From the NCBI RefSeq assembly GCF_006345805.1, contig NC_043019.1, forward strand, positions 14,259,360 to 14,323,359: 64,000 bases of DNA, in the 5' to 3' direction. The notes under the pieces are model-generated. The model worked only from the letters and a program-made list of their open reading frames with translations. It did no database searches and had not been told where the DNA came from. Shown one piece after another: positions 38,083-51,930 of this stretch. How positions within the stretch are numbered: position 1 is the stretch's first letter; each line of letters starts with the position of its first letter. The DNA comes from Octopus sinensis. Lineage: Eukaryota. A program made the position numbers and the translations under genes.

Positions 38083-38790
38083 ACATTATCACTGAGAAAA
38101 TTACTTTACTTTATGTTATTTTATTTATTATTTCTTTTAGAGAAGTCTTTTCTGTTTTGTATCCTAAATAATAAATGGATTTTGGGTGGAAAAACGTTTG
38201 TTATTCTCTAATATTCTAATATAATATTAAGTCCCTTTATAACAGGTATAAATTGAACCCGTTTCCCAACCACATAGTTTTAGGTTCAGTTCAACCAATC
38301 GTCTTCTACTATATACCCTCAAGTTGCCCAAAGCTTTGTGAAGGGATTTGATAGAAGGGAAGTGAAAGAAGCTCGGTGTGAGTGTCTGTTTTTGTCTCCG
38401 TATCTTGACATGTTTTGACCGTAAATGAGCATCAGTACACAAGTGGTATCATTTTGTTTTGAATCTTGTTTGAAAGCATGGTCAGGCCATGGGGAAAATT
38501 TATCGGCTTGCTTGGAAACAGCTGAGAGTTGGTGATAGGAGGGGCATCCAACCATAGAAAATCTGCCATAGTAAAACCCATTGACCCATACAATCATGGA
38601 AAAGTATATAAGCAAACACACTCACCCCCTATATTCTTTTATTCTTTTACTATGTGGTCACTCAACCAACTAGAAATAGCAACCAGATCTCCAAGCACTA
38701 GTGAGGTCACCAAGTGTCCACAAGACAAGACCTCCCCTCCTCAACTGAGCAGGGTATCATATTGAAGAAGGTGAAAGTATGATAGAGAAA

Positions 38791-39021
38791 GGCAGCGAGC
38801 TGGCAGAACCGTTAGCACGCCGGGCGAAATGCTTAGCGGTATTTGGTCTGCCGTTACGTTCTGAGTTCAAATTCCGCTGAGGTTGACTTTGCCTTTCATC
38901 CTTTCGGGGTCGATAAATTAAGTACCAGTTACACACTGGGGTCGATATAATCAACTTAATCCGTTTGTCTGTCCTTGTTTGTCCTCTCTGTGTTTAGCCC
39001 CTTGTGGGTAGTAAAGAAATA
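38791..39021 (+). mobile_element. SINE family C monomer
   Basis: Full head and tail. Confidence 0.85.
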
Positions 39022-39194
39022 GAAAGTATGATAGAGGGGAAAGAACAAGTGTCTTACTGAAGAAGAGATATTTAACTTCTCCAACTGATGAGAGAGAAAG
39101 AGATGGTGAGGGCATAACCCTTCAAAGCATGAGGTGAATGTAAGACAGAGAGTAGGGAGAACTTGAAGAGCAGTTAGGTATTTTTATGATAACC

Positions 39195-39540
39195 TCAAGC
39201 TGACTTAGACATATTGTTGTTGATGTTTGCATCCAGTGTTGCGTTACTATGGCAATCAAGTGCCAATTCTTTCAGAATCCATGACAGAAGCAAGACTCCT
39301 ATGGCTTCACACATTTGGTTGTTAGAGAATTGATATGTCCAAAACCATATTAATTTAAGCAGAGTAGAATTTCTAGAACTAAAGCATATGATGGGGGAAA
39401 TAATAACCACTGTAATCTTTCTGACGTGGACGGCTTCCATATTATTTTCATATGGGCCTCAGTGATTGCCTGCCATTTAGACAAGATTCTGAAATGGATT
39501 TGTTGTGATTTGAAGTTCTGCAGATTTTACAATGTCAGCC
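39195..39540 (+). ncRNA. Putative pseudoknotted RNA domain
   Basis: 39251-39258/39463-39470, 39270-39279/39485-39494 and 39359-39365/39515-39521 in parallel order; 39208-39216/39331-39339; closed by 39199-39204/39534-39539. Confidence 0.55.
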
Positions 39541-39884
39541 GAATAGGTACGGGTGTGGCTGTGTGGTTAACAAGCAACAGTGTCGCCTTGGGTTCAGTCC
39601 TGCTGCATAGCACCTAGGGCAAGTGCCTTCTACTATAGCCCCAGGCCAACCAAAGCTTTATGAGTGGATTTGATACAGGGGAAACTGAAAGAAGCCCATC
39701 GTATATGTATGTATAACCACAGATGTGCTTTTCTCACACTATTCTTTTCTTTCTCTGGACCTTTCCTGTTTCTGATGAAGAGCCTTTCTCAAAATGTTAC
39801 ACACACCCCTTTTTCCATCTTATACTGGGCATCAACCTAATACATTCACTGCGTATGTCCTTTTGTCTTTTGTACTTTTATTTA

Positions 39885-39930
<46 letters not shown>

Positions 39931-39932
<2 letters not shown>

Positions 39933-40320
39933 TAGCAGTATCGCCCAGCATTGCTCGGGTTTGTTTTGACCTTTTAGAATTGGAATGTTTGAAAAGTAAA
40001 AATTTTGCATTATGTAGCTTGTTATTCTCTTTAAGTGAACATTTTTCTGGTTGAAATACACCGAAAAATGGCAACGCAGCAGTAAAAAAATCATTAAAAA
40101 ATCGGGATTTTCATAGAAAAAAAAAGCACCTTTTTGATGTAAATAATTTTTGGTCTTAACATGGTCCAATTTGAATTTTTTCTTCTACGGAAGGAAGAGC
40201 AAGCCTTCTTCTATCATACTCTCCATTTTGGTCAACTTGCACCGCAGGGTCTCGGAGGAGATAGTGTTAGTTGAAGGCTACCAAACCTGCCTCACACAGA
40301 CAACTTCAGCTTTATATATA
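39931..40320 (-). mobile_element. Helitron-like element in (TA)n
   Basis: Copy of 22799-23195. Confidence 0.75.
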
Positions 40321-40974
40321 GAGAGATATACACACATGCATGTGCGCACACATACACACACACACACACGTATCTGCATTTGTGTGCCCCTGTCTAGACA
40401 TCATGCGATGGTTGAAAATGAGCATCACCATCATACAAGCGAGCTTGTTTATTCCCAATTTATTTCCTTGAAAAACATACCTTTGTGATGGTGAAAAAAT
40501 ATCACTTTGCTTGAAAACAGGTGAGGGTTGGTGACGGGGAGAGCATCCAGCTGTAGAAAACGTGCCTCAGTAAACTCCATCTGACCCATGCAAGCATGGA
40601 AAAGTACTGCATTGCTATCTAAGGCCTGCAAATGCACATGCATGCATGCATGCATCACATTGTGTGTTTGCGCATTATTCTTTTACTTGTGCAATTGATA
40701 AAAAAAAAAAATGTACTTAATTTGTTTAATTAATAATTTTTCACTTTATTGTTATTGATTGAAAAATCTATGAGTGTTGACTTCAAATTGAATGTACAGG
40801 ACGAGTTTGCTTTGTCTTTGATTTAGTTATGGTTTTTATCTGACTTTTATTTAACTTTTCGACTTTGCTTTATTCTTATTCAGCTTTCTGATAGGTTTTT
40901 GTGAAACGGTTTGATTGTTGTGAAAATGTAAATGTTACAAATTGGGATTTAAAAAAAAAAAAGGCTCCCTCTCT

Positions 40975-41355
40975 CCCTCACTCGCTAAGTCACTCACTCA
41001 CTCATTTGCTTGCTTGCTCACTCACTTAGTCATTCACTCACTCACTAATTCCCTCACTCATTCATTCACTTGTAAACTCACTCACTCACTTGCTCAGTCA
41101 GTCACTCACTCACTCACTCATTCACTTGCTCACTCATTCACTTGCTAATTCACTCACTCACTCACTCACTCACTCACTCACTCACTCACTCACTCACTCA
41201 CTCATTCGCTTGCTTACTCACTCACTCATTCAGTTGCTCACTCATTCACTCACTCACTCACTCATTCGCTTGCTTGCTCACTCACTCACTCATTCAGTTG
41301 CTCACTCACTCATTTGCTCACTTGCTCAGTCACTCTCTCATTCACTCACTAACTC
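40975..41355. repeat. (TCAC)n microsatellite
   Basis: Direct sequence. Confidence 0.95.
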
Positions 41356-42017
41356 CCTCGTTTTCCCTGCTGGCATAGGTTGGATGGTTTGACAGCAAAG
41401 CTGGCAAGTCAAAATTCTGTGACAAACTCCACTATCAGCTTTGGCATGGTTTTCTACGGCTGGATGCCTGTCCTAACATCAGCCACTCTACAGAGTGGCC
41501 TGGATGCTTTTGTACATGGCACCAGCAGCAGTGGAGTTCATCAACTAACTACTACTCCTAAACTGAGGGGGAATGGTATTGAGGGAGGTGGCTTTCTAGC
41601 AGCTGATGAGAGGTTGGAGTATGAATGGAGGGACAGAAACAGGTGTTCTGCAGTAGAGGAGATACATAGCTACCTCAGCTGGAGACAAGAGAGAGATGTA
41701 TATGTCCAGCCCTTTGCTCTTGGAGCTCATAACTAGTAATACTACTTAGTGTAGTCATACATTTATTTACACAACACACACATATGATCGTTAGCCACTA
41801 CACACATTTTTTTCTCTCCTTGTTTTTTCTGTGTCCCTTCCTGTAGAAGAGCGTAGGCTCAAAACGTAAAAGTCTTTTTCTCTTTCTGAGCGTTATACCA
41901 CCTGTCTTCGTCTTTTGTTTTTTTCATAAACTCTCCCTATATATATATATATATATATATATATCACACACACATATAATAGAATAAGAAATTAAAAGTC
42001 CTTGGTACAGTATTATG

Positions 42018-42142
42018 TATTTGAAAAAAATGAATAGAAATGGCTTTTCTGATAATTTTTCCACTTTAATAATTAAATGTTTATAAATTATTAAAGTGGA
42101 AAAATTATCAGAAAAGCGATTTCTATTAATTTTTTTCAAATA
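42018..42142. repeat. AT-rich palindrome (about 58-bp arms)
   Basis: Direct inverted repeat near TA tracts. Confidence 0.8.
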
Positions 42143-42324
42143 TTTAAATAAGTAAATTATATATATATATATTTCTTTTTATTTAAATATATATATTTAT
42201 TTATTTATAAATTTTTAATTTTATTTGAGCAAAAAAAGATAAACTGATTAAAAGAAAAAAATAAAAGTAGAAGAGATTGGCTTGTTAAAAAATTAAAATG
42301 ATTTATTTCTTTACAAAAATATGA

Positions 42325-42640
42325 TAATCAGAATTCCACCATTGAAATGGTTCTTCCAAAATTGCTTCACTGAGGAAACAAAGTGAGAGAAGGGAATCAA
42401 ATAATGAAAAAACAGGAGGCAGGCGTAACAGGCTGTACACCTTAATCCAAATGGTGCTTTCAGTTACATCAGGTGGACATAATAACAAAGACATGTATGG
42501 GAGAATGGCCAGTGACACTTGCCGCAACAGCCACCCTAATGTCAGAGGGCTCATTTCTCAGATGGGTTGCTGTCATCCTGATTTTATGGAAGAAACCAGC
42601 AGTGTGGAGTCTGAGAATAGCTGAGATTGAGGTCTCAACA
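42325..42640 (+). ncRNA. Putative multibranch RNA domain
   Basis: Nested helices 42328-42339/42604-42614, 42348-42358/42587-42598 and 42413-42422/42570-42580. Confidence 0.55.
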
Positions 42641-43144
42641 GCAAAAATGATCATGGAATTGCACCTAGAAAGTTCCCCTCTGATGCACAAGTCTGGGCAA
42701 GGCTGTTTATGGAAAATCAGTAATCGCCATGTTTACCAGCTTTCCTTCTCCACGCCACCAATGTTATCCAAGGGAAAGGCAAAGGGGCCGATACAGCTTG
42801 GCACCAGTGACGTCGCAACCCATTGCTACAGCTGGGTGAACTGAAGCAATGTAAAATAAAGTGTCTTGCTCAAGAGCACAACACAGAGCTCAGACTGGGA
42901 ATCAAACTCACAACCTCATGATTGTGAGCCCGGTGTGTTTACGTCCCCGTAACATAGCGGTTTGGCAAAAGAGGCCGATAGAATAAGTACTAGGCTTCCG
43001 AAGATAAGTCCTGGGGTCGATTAGTTCGACTAAAGGTTGTGCTCCAGCATGGCCGCAGTCAAATGACTGAGACAAGTAAAGAAACAGATTATTTATTTTA
43101 TTTTTTTTTTGATTTTGCAGCTACCCCCATTATCGCCCTCCCCC

Positions 43145-43400
43145 TTTCATCAATGCACCCACTTTCTCCGGATCTTTCTACTGCTCCCAATGGTGGAGCA
43201 GTGCTGCCCACGTTGGAAACCACTGATTTAGAGTTACATAGTTTTAAGTGTGAAAAGATGCTGAGTTCATATCCCACTACTTGATGGACGGAAGTGGCAT
43301 TGATGGGTGGCTTAAAACAACATGGCAATGCCGGACAGTAGGTGGTCATTGTCTTATAAATACCACTTCAACTGTCCAGGTGACACCAAGGACAATGGTT
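43145..43400 (+). ncRNA. Putative double-pseudoknot RNA domain
   Basis: 43147-43156/43297-43306 crosses 43241-43249/43310-43318; the loop (43347-43355) of hairpin 43333-43377 pairs with 43389-43397. Confidence 0.55.
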
Positions 43401-43453
43401 TGCTTTTAACTTAACACTGTTTTCTTCAGCCCTCCTTGATATTTTTGGGGGCT

Positions 43454-43497
<44 letters not shown>

Positions 43498-44276
43498 AAT
43501 GGAGGTGCAATGGCCCAGGATGGAGGATCGGGTTTCGATTCCCAGACCGGGCGTTGTGTGTGTTATTGAGCAAAAACACCTAAAAGCTCCACGAGGCTCG
43601 GCGAACCCTGTCGTACTCTTTCACACCCAACTTTCTCTCACTCTTTCTTCCTGTTTCTTGGGTAATGCTGCGAAGGACTGGCGTCCCATCCAGCTGGGGG
43701 AGGGGTGAACACATATGCCACAGAAACCGGGAAACCGGGCCCAAGAAAAATGGCTAGGCTTGAAAAGGGCGCATAAATAAAATTTATATATTTAATAATT
43801 ATTTCTCCACCTTACATTTACATTCATACTTTCTCATTTCATCCACTCTCTCTCTCTCTCTCTCTCTTATTCATTCATTTTTTTTCTTTTCCTTTCCACT
43901 TGACATTTTTTCTTAATTAATCTGAAATCTTTGTGCACATGTTACATTCACACAATCTCCTCGCAACCATGCATACACATACACAACAATACATACACCA
44001 ATATTATCAATCATACATCACATACACACAGTATGATAAATTTTTCTATGGCTTACTCTTGTTTTCTATATTTCATCGATTTCTCTCTCTCTCTCTCTCA
44101 TATTTTCTTCTCTCTCTTACTCTCTTCTTTTTTCCTCTCTCTCTCTGTGTATGTCTCTATCTCACTTTAATATCATTTCTTAACTTCTCTTCTTTCTCTC
44201 TCTCTCTCTATATATATATATTTGTATATGTGCATGTGTGTGTCTATATATATGTTTGTGTGTGTATATATATATA

Positions 44277-44307
<31 letters not shown>

Positions 44308-44334
44308 GTGTGTGTGTGTATATATATGTGTGTA

Positions 44335-44369
<35 letters not shown>

Positions 44370-44444
44370 GTGTGTATATATGTGTGTGTATATATATATA
44401 TTTGTGTGTGTGTATATATACATATATGTGTGTATATATATATA

Positions 44445-44491
<47 letters not shown>

Positions 44492-45675
44492 ATATATATA
44501 TAATGTATATCTTTAATATAATTTCTCGACTTCTTTTCCTTTCTCTTACCCACACACACAAATTTTCCTCTCTGTCTCTCTCTCTCTAGCTATATCTTTT
44601 TAATATCATTTAACTTCTCTTCCCCTACCCCTTCCACACTCTCTCTCTCTCTCCCCCTCTCTCCTTCCCAATTTCACTTTCAGACTTTATCCCACTTTAT
44701 CCTCTTATGGCTATCATTCATTACATCTCCCACCACCACCCTTCCCAATGCCGAGTCATTATCACGATCCTCCTCCTCCCTTCTCCTCCTCACTGTTACT
44801 TTCCCCCACCACCACCACCATTACATGTACCATCACCACCATCCCCATCATCAATGCTATTACAATCACTCACATCACTACAACAACCATCATCATCATC
44901 ATCATCATCATCATATCAACAAAGGATCCTATATGCAATTGTCCAACGTGTTAGAAATAGCAGCAAAAATGTCCCTCAGATCATATCCTGCCATTTCAAA
45001 AACAAGCATGAAGGAGACTGGATGATATCGTCCTTTTCCTGGACTGACCAATGCCCTGAGAGGGAATTTGGTAGATGGAAACTATGAGGAAGCCCGTCAT
45101 ATATTACCATATTAACATCCGTTTTTCCATGCCTGCATAGGTCAGATGCAGTTCATTAGGGCAAAATTCTTTCAATGGCTGGATGCCCTTCCTGTTGCCA
45201 ACCTTCACCTGTTTCTAAGCAAGGTAATATCTAATATTCCCCCCTGGCAGAGAATTGGAAATGAATGACACTGTTTTACAACCGTCACACAATGTCAGAG
45301 CAAGGATCCACAAGCATACACCTATATAGGCGCAAACATGAGGCTATGGTAAGGAGAATTGCTTCCCATCCATTTGGTTCCAGGTTCAGTCCCACTGTGT
45401 GACACCTTGGACATGTGCTTTCAACTAAACCCTCAGCCCAACCAAAGCCTTGTGAGTGTATTTCGTTGGTGGAAACTGAAAGAAGCCCATTGTATATGTG
45501 TGTGTGTCTTTATGTCTGTGTTTGCCCGCCCCCACCACTATTTGACAGATGGCTATCAAGGCTTTAAAAACAAAAGTATTGGGGTTGGTTCATTTCACTA
45601 ATAATTCTTCAAGGCAATGCTCCAGCATGGCTGCAGTCCAATAAAACAAGTATCAGAAATATATATATATATTTA

Positions 45676-46080
45676 GGAGTGGCTGTGTGGTAAGTAGCTT
45701 GCTAACCAACCACATGGTTCCGGGTTCAGTCCCACTGCGTGGCATCTTGGGCAAGTGTCTTCTGCTATAGCCCCGGGCTGACCAATGCCTTGTGAGTGGA
45801 TTTGGTAGATGGAAACTGAAAGAAGCCTGTCGTATATATGTATATATATATATAAGTATGTGTGTATATGTTTGTGTGTCTGTGTTTGTCCCCCTAGCAT
45901 TGCTTGACAACCGATGCTGGTGTGTTTACGTCCCCATCACTTAGCGGTTCAGCAAAAGAGACCAATAGAATAAGTACTGGGCTTACAAAGAATAAGTCCC
46001 GGGGTCGATTTGCTTGACTAAAGGTGGTGCTCCAGCATGGCCACAGTCAAATGAATGAAACAAGTAAAAGAGTAAAGAGT
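45676..46080 (+). mobile_element. SINE family B
   Basis: Full-length copy. Confidence 0.85.
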
Positions 46081-46159
46081 ATATGTATATATATATATAT
46101 AATGTATAGATATATATATATTATATATATATATATATATATATTATGTATATATGTTG

Positions 46160-46765
46160 CGGGCTGAATGTGACATGCCTTATCAAGTTGATATGCTGTA
46201 TCCCACGACCAAATGTAGTGTGTAGATGTAACGCTTAAAGGTCCTTGTGCCCATATGTTTATTCGTTTGCCCAACATGTAGCTAAAGGGACAGTAGCAGT
46301 TCTAGTGGTAGTGACAAGGTTGGCTCGCTGGTTAGTAGTTGATAGTGTAGAAAAAGGCTGTCTGTCAGCAGAGAGTGAAAGGGTAAGGAATGCACAGTGC
46401 TGACTAGAAAGGATAAAGGTGGCATCACCCTTCTTGCGGCCAAAAGCTTCTGTTTGTACGTTGAGCTAAGGGCGAAGGGAAGTGTTACTGTTGGTCAAGG
46501 CTGACGCAGAAGAGCATGTTGCTCCTTGGTCTGCTGACACAAAAGATAGGAAGAGATAAAAAGTGTTCTCTGTTATAAAGACTATGGTCAGTAATGTAGG
46601 TCAAACTCTAAGCAAAGGACTGACCAGCACAGATCCTTGGAGATCAAGTGCTTCCTTATCGATCAATCATCCAGTATGGAGAGGATTTCCTGCTCGTTTT
46701 GACAAGCAACAAGTGGGTAGATTTGGTTTCAAATCTCAGGCAGGGCGAAGCAATATCCCTACATT
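46160..46765 (+). ncRNA. Putative structured RNA domain
   Basis: 46290-46298/46483-46491 crosses 46363-46372/46530-46539; also 46585-46592/46619-46626. Confidence 0.45.
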
Positions 46766-46781
46766 ATATATACATACACAC

Positions 46782-47104
46782 TGAAGGCGCATGGCTCAAT
46801 GGTTAGAGCATCGAGATTATGATTGTGAGGTTGCAAGTTCAAATCCTGGACCGGGCTGCGTGTTGTGTTCTTGAGCAAGACACTTTATTTCACATTGCTC
46901 CAGTTCACTCAGCTGTAGGAATGAGTTGTGACGTCACAAGTGCCAAGTTGTATCGGGCTTGGCCTTTCCCTTGGATAATACTGGTGGCGTGGAGAGGGGA
47001 GGCCGGTATGCATGGGCGACTGCTGGTCTTCCATAAAACAACCTTGCCCGGACTTGTGCCTGGGAGGGTAACTTTCTAGATGCAATCATGACCGAAAGGG
47101 GTCT
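46782..47104 (+). mobile_element. SINE family A monomer
   Basis: Full head and tail. Confidence 0.85.
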
Positions 47105-47809
47105 CAATATATATATATATATGTATATGTATCAGAGAGAGAGAGAGAGAGAGAGAAACAGGCAGACGGACAGGTGTGTGTGTGTATCCAACTGCTTGTT
47201 TAGGACTCACCTGGGACTGACTGAACATCGTTTCAACACCTGCATCATCGTCATCATCATCATCACCATCATCTCTACTACTTCTTTGCACTGCCCTCAT
47301 CTTTAACGAATCAATCATTATCGTCACCACCTCAACCACCACTACTTTCCTCGCTACAGCAAATTACTAACACCACAAACTGTCGCCATCACCACCGCCA
47401 CCATCACCACCATCACCTCATCTTCTTCCACTCCCGCTGCCACCACCACCGACTTTTCTTTTTCTCCCCCACCCCAACAATCCCACCCTCAGCAGCAGCA
47501 GCATTAGCAGCAACCTCATCAAGCCTATAATTAATTGCCTTTTTGACCCCCTCCCCCCTCCTCATCACCACCGCCACCGCCCCCACCCCCACCATCACTC
47601 TCACTTCAACAACGCCATCTCCCCCCCCACATCACCACCGTCTTTATTCCATCTTAACAACAATACCCTAGTTTCCCTTGATCTACCAAGTCTTCTTATC
47701 CTACTCAATTTAAACTAATCCGGCCAACTTTTTGTTTCACAAATGTCAATGTTTACCTGCTTTGTTTATTACTTATTTTTGTTTGCATTTTTAATATTTT
47801 TTTCATTTT

Positions 47810-48282
47810 AGTTATATATAAATATATCTATAATATATAATATATAATATTATATATATAAATATATATATATATAATATATATATATAATTATATATAT
47901 ATATTAATATATATTTATAAATATATAATATATATATATAATATATAATATATATATATAATATAATATATAATATATATATATAAATATATATATTATA
48001 ATATATATATATATAAATATTATATAATATATCATATAATATATATCTAATATATAATATATAATATAATATATATCTATAATATATAATATATAATATA
48101 ATTATATCTATAAATATAAATAATAATAAATATATATATCTATAATATATAATATATATAATATATATATATAATATATATCTATAATAGATAATATATA
48201 ATATATAATATATATATATAAATATATAATATATATATATATAATATATATCTATAATATATAATATATATATATTATATTA

Positions 48283-48300
<18 letters not shown>
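47810..48300. repeat. AT-only low-complexity tract
   Basis: Direct sequence. Confidence 0.95.
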
Positions 48301-48317
<17 letters not shown>

Positions 48318-48669
48318 CGCACGCATATGTTTTGTGTTTGTGTTTTTATGTCTCCGACATCATCACACCCCGGACATTGATTTTTTTTTCATAAATCTGA
48401 ACTCAATAGTTATAGATTTGCTCTGTGTTTATACATGTGTCCTTTGAACGCAACAAGTAAAACTCGTGGAAGTTTTATGTTTATACCTGTACATCTCCAC
48501 ACGAATACGCAACCTGATTCTTCTCCCCGTGTGTTTACGCACCTGCCTACCAACCTACATACACACACACACACACACATATATATATAAATATATAAAT
48601 ATATACTGCTTTTGCTGTTAATTGCTCATTATCAGGATTGCTTTCACTGCTATTTAGCCACCAACTCCC

Positions 48670-48706
<37 letters not shown>

Positions 48707-48775
48707 ACATATATATACATATATACACATACATACATATATATACATATACACACACACACACACACATATATA

Positions 48776-48820
<45 letters not shown>

Positions 48821-49005
48821 CACACACATATATATACATATATATACACACACATATATATATATACACACACATATATATATACACACACACATATATA
48901 TATACACACACATATATATATACACACACACATATATATACACACACACATACACTCATATATACACATACATACATACATACATATACATATATATATA
49001 TATAA

Positions 49006-49038
<33 letters not shown>

Positions 49039-49039
49039 A

Positions 49040-49072
<33 letters not shown>

Positions 49073-50591
49073 AACAACAACTACATATATATATATATAT
49101 AAACACGCACACACACATATATATATATATATAAATAAACACACACACATATATATATGTACACACACCTCAGATCAGCTATGAATATAATATTCAGGTT
49201 TCTGTTTCATAATGTTTGAAGTTCCTTCGTTTCCCTGCAAACATCATCACAGCCAGCACAGACGAGGCCAGCCGGCCGACCATATTTCCTTTGCCCCCCT
49301 CAGATCAGATAGTTGTGGGCACAGGGGCCACTTTGAATAAGGTTTTTTAAAAAGGACAATCAAGTAACAAACATCCTGTTCTTACACAATTGAACATAAG
49401 ACATTTTTTTTCGTCTTCTGATGAGATCTTCACTTTTTTGGCAATCCCGCTTACCCGATGTCAGACTCGTTTTCTTCCATTTCCTCTTCATATAATTTCA
49501 TCATCTCTTTACATCCTTTTCATCATACTTCTCTCTTCTTTTTCTTCTCTATTTTCTCTTTCATTCTTCTTCCATTTCTTACTCTCCATTTCATTTCCTT
49601 TCCTTTTTTCTCTTCATTTTTTTTATCCTCACCCTTCTTTAGTTTTCAACGATTTCTCCTCTTCAGTCTCATCCTCCTCTTCATTATATCACTCTCTTTT
49701 TCTCTCTTCCAACTATCTCTCTCTTTTTTCTTTTCTTCCTCTCTTCCTCTTTCTCCACCTCTCTCTCTCTCTCTCATCTCATACCTCCCTCTAACCCTTC
49801 CCTATCTATCACTCCTCCTTCCTCACTGTCTTTCTTCCTATTGTCTTGCTTGTACTTCCCTCTAACCCTTCCTTATCTGTCACTCATCTCTCCCTCCTCC
49901 ACCTCCCTCACTATCTTTCTCCCCCTCCTCTCTTCTACCTCCTAATCCTCTCCATCCATCATTCCTTTCTCCCTCCCCCTCCCTTACTTTCTTTCTTCCT
50001 CTCATTTCTCTTCTGCATCCCTCTAATCCTCTCTATCACTCCTCTCTCCCTCCCCTCCTTCACTCACTTTCTCTCATTTCTCTTCTGCATCCCGCTAATC
50101 CTCCTCCATCTATCACACATCTCTGCCTTCACCCTCTTCATCTCTCCCTCCTCCTCTCTCGGTCTCTTCCTCTCTCTCTCTCCCTCCTCCTCTCTCGGTC
50201 TCTTCCTCTCTCTCTCTCCCTCATCCTCTCTCTCCCTCCTCCTCTCTCTGTCTCTTCCTCTCTCTCTCCCTCCTCCTCTCTCTGTCTCTTCCTCTCTCTC
50301 TCCCTCCTCCTCTCTCGGTCTCTTCTCACTCCGACCGCATTTCGTGTATGTTCCCAAACTCCAAATCGTTGAGGTGGTGGCAGCCAAGGCAAAAAGTGTC
50401 ACAATGTCCAAACAAGTGGACACCAACAACAACAGCAGCAACAACAACAACTGCAGGAGCAACAAACTCCGTGTTCGGATATATGCCATGCGCCAAGTAA
50501 ATATGTCTCAGGTATTTTAATTTATCCACTTCTCTCGCCCTCACTGTCCGTCTACCTGGCTGACCACCTGTGTGTCTGTCTCTTTCTCTCG

Positions 50592-50623
<32 letters not shown>

Positions 50624-50932
50624 ATTAACCTATCACTAATTACCTATGACTTTTTAATTGTTGAAAAATTGTATGGGAAAGTAGTACTCGGTGCTCCAGC
50701 CTGGCCTCAACTCTGACAGCTAAAACAAGCTTATAGAATTAAAGAGCAATCACGTAATAGTTGCATATGTACACCTGCAGAATACGTATAAACATTCATA
50801 AGCACATACATACATACATACATACATGCAAGCATGCACACATATATGCATGCATATATACATACATATATGCATACTTGCAAACACACATATTCATGCA
50901 TACATAATTGCAAACATGCACACATACATACA

Positions 50933-50963
<31 letters not shown>

Positions 50964-51002
50964 CACAAGCATGTATACATCGTACAAACATACATATATA
51001 CT

Positions 51003-51517
51003 TACTCTTTTTCTTGTTTCAGTCATTTGACTGTGGCCATGCTGGAGCACCGCCTTTAGTCGAGCAAATCGACCCCAGGACTTATTCTTTGGAAGCCTAG
51101 TACTTATTCTATCGGTCTCTTTTGCCGAACCGCTAAGTTACAGGGACGTAAACACACCAGCATCAGTTGTCAAGCGATGTTGGGAGGGACAAACACACAA
51201 ACTTATATACACACGTACATATATATATAAACCCGAAACATATGTACTGCAAAATCCTTTGCGTCCTGTTTTTCATTTATTTCGTTTGATACATATATCC
51301 TATCACCTATGCCTCTAGCTGGCATATACAGGTGCTTACATTTATGAAGTATTCACCCTGAATTTATTATATATATATATATATTATATATATATATATA
51401 TACATATATACGACGGGCTTCTTTCAGTTTCCATCTACCAAATCCACTCACAAGGCTTTGGTCGGCCCGAGGCTATAGTAGAAGACACTTGCCCAAGGTG
51501 CCACGCAGTGGGACTGC
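51003..51517 (-). mobile_element. SINE family B with a nested Penelope-like fragment (about 51230-51370)
   Basis: The insert in the TA tract begins CCGAAAC-ATAT-GTA. Confidence 0.7.
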
Positions 51518-51668
51518 AAACACACACACACATACATACACATATATGTATATATACATATATGTGTGTTTGTTTGTGTGTAAAACAGTGAAGCCTGATG
51601 CAGTCTTCTGATTAGCCAGGTCCTTTCAAACCATCCAACCCATGCCAGCATGGAAAGCAGACATTAAA

Positions 51669-51703
<35 letters not shown>

Positions 51704-51739
51704 CACACACACACGCATACTTGCATACATCATTATTTA

Positions 51740-51930
51740 GAGTTCAGTGCTGTCCCCATATATCAATCCTACCATGTGCAAACATTGCATATTCTTGGAA
51801 AGTTAAACGGTGCAATTACTGAGCTGCGAATGTGCCCGTTTATGTAAGAAACTCAGTGTTACAATAATGTGTTTTGTTTGCAGCCTTAGAAAACAAAAGC
51901 CTTAACAGTTACAATGTGTTAAGGCAAACA
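51740..51930 (+). ncRNA. Putative pseudoknot plus tandem hairpins
   Basis: 51741-51749/51817-51825 crosses 51804-51810/51836-51842; hairpins 51774-51792, 51872-51898 and 51899-51925. Confidence 0.55.

Noticed and set aside
49246-49257. ATCACAGCCAGC, matching part of miR-2
   Set aside because: The 3' half diverges and there is no complementary precursor arm
49418-49440. CTGATGA motif
   Set aside because: No downstream stem II/GAAA; not a hammerhead
49846-50520. 224-aa ORF
   Set aside because: Mostly CT-repeat translation; the unique tail resembles no known protein
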